A stretch of 64,000 bases of DNA from Squalus acanthias (lineage: Eukaryota). Positions 60,401-64,000 of the stretch are shown here, piece after piece. The notes below the pieces were generated by a model. It had not been told where the DNA came from and did not search any database. It saw only the letters and a program-made list of their open reading frames with translations. The stretch spans positions 118,050,001 through 118,114,000 of the forward strand of contig CM059431.1 in the NCBI GenBank assembly GCA_030390025.1, in the 5' to 3' direction. The translations under genes and the position numbers were made by a program. Numbering within the stretch: position 1 is the first letter of the stretch; every line of letters starts with the position of its first letter.

Positions 60401-62536
60401 TTCTGAGATGGTAAACAGCAGATAATGACAACCACATAGTAGCAAAGTTTTTTTCTGAGGGTATTCTTCTGTTGGCAATGCAGACCTTTAGAAGTAGTCT
60501 GGCACATATTGCAAATTTTATCCTTTTGGTCCTGGTTTTATTACTATATTCATGCCTTTTGCCACTCAATTCATAATTCCAGCTATGAAACACAGGAAAC
60601 ATAGGAACAGGAGTAGGTCATTCAGCCCCTCGAGCCTGTTCCGCCCGATTGGAGATTGGGTGGAATTGCAGATTAGCAGTCTGTCCTTTCTCCTACAGGA
60701 CCCAGGTTTGAATCTCACCCAGGCTGCTGACTGTAAGGTTTCTAGAGAAATTAATTTGGGTAGCATTAACTAATTTCCTAACAGAGACTGGCACAACACT
60801 GCCAACAAAAAGGCACTAAATTGGCAACTTTATGAGAGGGACATAGGGGGCAAAATTCATTTGCTTTGTGCCTCATTAGCGCCCCGGCCGCAAACTTGGG
60901 TCTCACTCCCTGACGTACCGCCGGACACTAAGACCGACAGGGTCAGGGGGGTGTACTTGCGGCCGGGGCGGTGATATTTAAAGGGCAGGTGCTGGACGGC
61001 CATTTTTTTTGGGCCGACTACCAGCAACTGCCCCCTTCCTCTTTTTTATGCAAGGTGACGGCCACGATCGCTCAGCCCGGTACTCCTCTTGAGTGCCGGG
61101 CTGTTTTCCTGGCACCCCGCTCCCCGGTGGTCCAGCAGGGCCCCGGTGCGCGCAGTGCTAGGCTCCTCCCCTTTAATCAGGGGAGGGAAGCCTGCAATGA
61201 CGCGATGCTACGTGTCGATGTAAAAGTAGATGGCTGCTGCATTCTCCGATGCAACAGCCATCTGATTTCTGCTCACAAAAGAGGTTTGATGAGTCTTGAA
61301 TACAAGGACTCATCAAACAACAGACAATGTCAGTGTTTTCATCTGTCAAAAATTTTTGACAGATGAAATGTCATACGCTGCCATTCTCTGTCACCGGCTT
61401 TCCCTTAATTGGCCTGCTAAGCCCGCTGGGCGGGCTTAACAAGGCCAATCAAGGAAAATAGCGTGGGTTGGCCAGAAGTCACTGGAGGCGGGACTGAAAC
61501 TCAACAAGTGGGAGTCCCACCTCCAAAAGCTCCCCATTGGCAAAATCCAGCCCTTACTGTTTGACAAGTGGAAAATGAAACACAAATTAGCTTTGCACTT
61601 TCTAAATATTGTTATTGTGAATTTTAAGCAGACTTTATACTGAAAAAGAATGACACACACCTTTGTTATCAATGGAAAGCTGGTCACTGAAATTCACCTT
61701 CCTTCAAATTAATAATACAGATCAGGCAAATATCAATATTTAATACAAGTACGGTTGAAAGTTGGTGACTGTTAAAATTCTGGACCTCCCTATTTGCAGT
61801 TTCAGACAATAACTTGATGGAACAAGGACCAGCTTTTCATTTATCATGAAGCTGTGTTTTGTTCTTTTTCTGTATAATTTCTGTTTAAAATTCACAGTAG
61901 CAGTATTTGGAAAGTGCAATTTTTTTTTAAATTGCTACTTGTCAAGCAGTAAGTACCTCTTATATAATGTTTCGAGCACTGGATTCACCTGGTAACAGGT
62001 CACATTTGAACATAAAAAATGACCTTTCCTTGTTCCTCCTGAGAGTGTGAATACTGCCTACCTTTCAGCAGTGTGAGAATGTCATCTGGCATCATAAACT
62101 GCTGCTTCTGACTGGTTTGGTGGGATATGGGAGGACATTTTGAATATGCCACAGTGTTATTACTGGCTTAATATTGAGGGGAAAGATGACAGAAATGACT
62201 TGGATGCTCAAGATGGAAGGTGGCAAGGGTGACGGGTTTCCTTGCTGCTTCCCAGAAAGACTGTGGATCAGTGTTCATGAACTAGAGGCAGAAATTAATC
62301 CAATTATCAGAGTGGAGACCTAATTTAAATTCATCAACTTGCCAGTTTTCGATGGTTGAAATCATTTACTGCACAAATGTAGCAACATTCATTTGGAGTA
62401 TGCTTGAATGCCATCAAGTCATTTTCTGTTATATTTTACGAGATTAATTTAAAAAAAAATGTAAAGGAAAATTGGGCGGTGTGTAAAACAAGTGACCAAC
62501 CCTCATCCACCCGTTCCCTGCCCGGTGGAAACAGTT

Positions 62537-63035
62537 AACATAAGAACATAAGAATTAGGAGCAGGAGTAGGCCATACAGTCCTTGGAGCCTGCTCCACCA
62601 TTCAATAAGATCATGGCTGATCTTCAACCTCAACTCCATTTTCCTGCCCAATCCCCATATCCCTTGATTCCCCTAGAGTCCAAAAATCTCTCTATCTCAG
62701 CCTTGAATATACTCAACAACTCAGTATCCACAGCCCTATGAGGTAGAGAATTTCAAAGATTCACAACCCTCTGAGTGAATAAATTCCTCCTCATCTCAGT
62801 CTTAAATGGCTGACCCCTTATCCTGAGACTATTAGCCCCACTCCCCTGCTCTTTCCCCATAGCCCTGTAAATATTTTACCTTCAAGTATTTATCCAATTC
62901 CCTTTTGAAAGTTACTATTGAATCTGGTTCCACCGCCCTTTCAGGCAGTACATTCCAGAACACAACAACTCACTGCATTAAAAATATTTCCTCATGCTGT
63001 CTCTGGTTCTTTTACCAATCACCTTAAATCTGTGT
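62537..63035 (-). mobile_element. Two abutting CR1 3' fragments
   Basis: AACATAAGAACATAAGAA tail at ~62537, similar to 10700-10990; a second piece from ~62832 resembles 48440-48640. Confidence 0.8.
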
Positions 63036-63526
63036 CGTCTGGAAGAGCAGGGGAGTTATCCCCGGTGTCCTGGCCAATACTTATCCCTCAATCGACATAA
63101 CAAAAACAGAGGCCTGAACTTTCTGCAGGTAGGCGGGTTGGGGGCGGGGGGGCCTCTGAGGCGGGCGGGAAGCCCGGGAGTCCGGGTTTCCTGAAGGCCC
63201 TGCCAACTTTAACGGTAGGGCCTGATTTGCATGTGAGGCCTCGGATTCCCGCCCGCAGCCAGCCAGATTGAGAGGCTGGCTGGCTGCGGGCAGGTAGGCC
63301 TGCAGGTGCGGAGAGGGAGCGAGGGTTTGAATATACATTCCCTTAAGGAATAAAACACCACGGGAAAAATGGTTCAACTGTGGCTAACAAGACAAATTAA
63401 AGATAGTATTAGATTAACAGAAGAGGCTTAAAATGTTAGCAAAACGAGTAGTAAGCCTGAGGATTGGGAGGATTTTAGAATTCAGCAATGGAGGACCAAG
63501 AAATTGATAAAGAAAGGGAAAATAGA

Positions 63527-64000
63527 ATAAGAACATAAGAACATAAGAAATAGGAGCAGGAGTAGGCCAATCGGCCCCTCGAGCCTGCTCCGCCATTCAA
63601 TAAGATCATGGCTGATCTGATCCTAACCTCAAATCTAAAGAACACAAGAAGTAGGAGCAGGACCCGGCCACTCAGCCCCTGGGCCCGCTCGCCACCCACA
63701 GGGCCCTGACCGATCTGAACTCAGCCTCATGTCCAATTTCCTGCCCGCTCACCGTAACCCCTAATTCCCTTTACCTCTAGGAAACTATCTATTTCTGTTT
63801 TAAATTTATTTAATGATGCAGCTTCCACTTCTTCCTGGGGCAGCAAATTCCACAGACCTACTACCCTCTGAGTGAAGAAGTTTCCCCTCATCTCAGTTTT
63901 GAAAGAGCAGCCCCTTATTCTAAGATTATGCCCCCTAGTTCTAGTTTCACCCATCCTTGGGAACATCCTTACCGCATCCACCCGATCAAGCCTCTTCACA
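63527..64000 (-). mobile_element. CR1 3' end (same subfamily as 23157-25509), runs off the window
   Basis: 'LDRVDAVRMFPRMGETRTRGHNLRIRG...GERAGNWT' and a duplicated 3' module; (TTCTTATG)n tail. Confidence 0.92.

Overview
Eukaryotic, almost entirely transposon-derived DNA. It is most likely from a cartilaginous fish (shark); this is inferred from my recognition of Deu-domain and V-domain tRNA-SINEs and CR1 LINEs with (TTCTTATG)n/(ATTCTATG)n tails. I found no convincing intact host gene, only an intronless cyclophilin (PPIA-like) retrocopy fragment. The dominant structure is a ~10.5 kb head-to-tail array (12620-23156) of a young Penelope-like retroelement (RT + Cys-knuckle + GIY-YIG endonuclease, Neptune-like). 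It has one 5'-truncated unit plus three intact 3202-bp units, sits inside a CR1 LINE, and is flanked by one 8-10 bp target-site duplication (TSD). Every unit boundary carries a minimal type-I hammerhead ribozyme motif (CUGAUGA-stem II-GAAAC/GUU, palindromic AACGUU at helix III). The same ribozyme-plus-tail module ends four other TSD-flanked insertions in the window, including a 95-bp ribozyme-only insertion. These insertions end 66-102 nt past the predicted cleavage site, which suggests a ribozyme-processed, possibly circular-RNA/rolling-circle retrotransposition system. Also present: many CR1 and L2 fragments, a LINE with a tRNA/Pol III SINE-like head, PIF/Harbinger transposase and Myb/SANT remnants, nested Harbinger-type MITEs, a pogo/Tigger-like MITE and a 24-bp minisatellite. 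Boundaries of degenerate elements are approximate.
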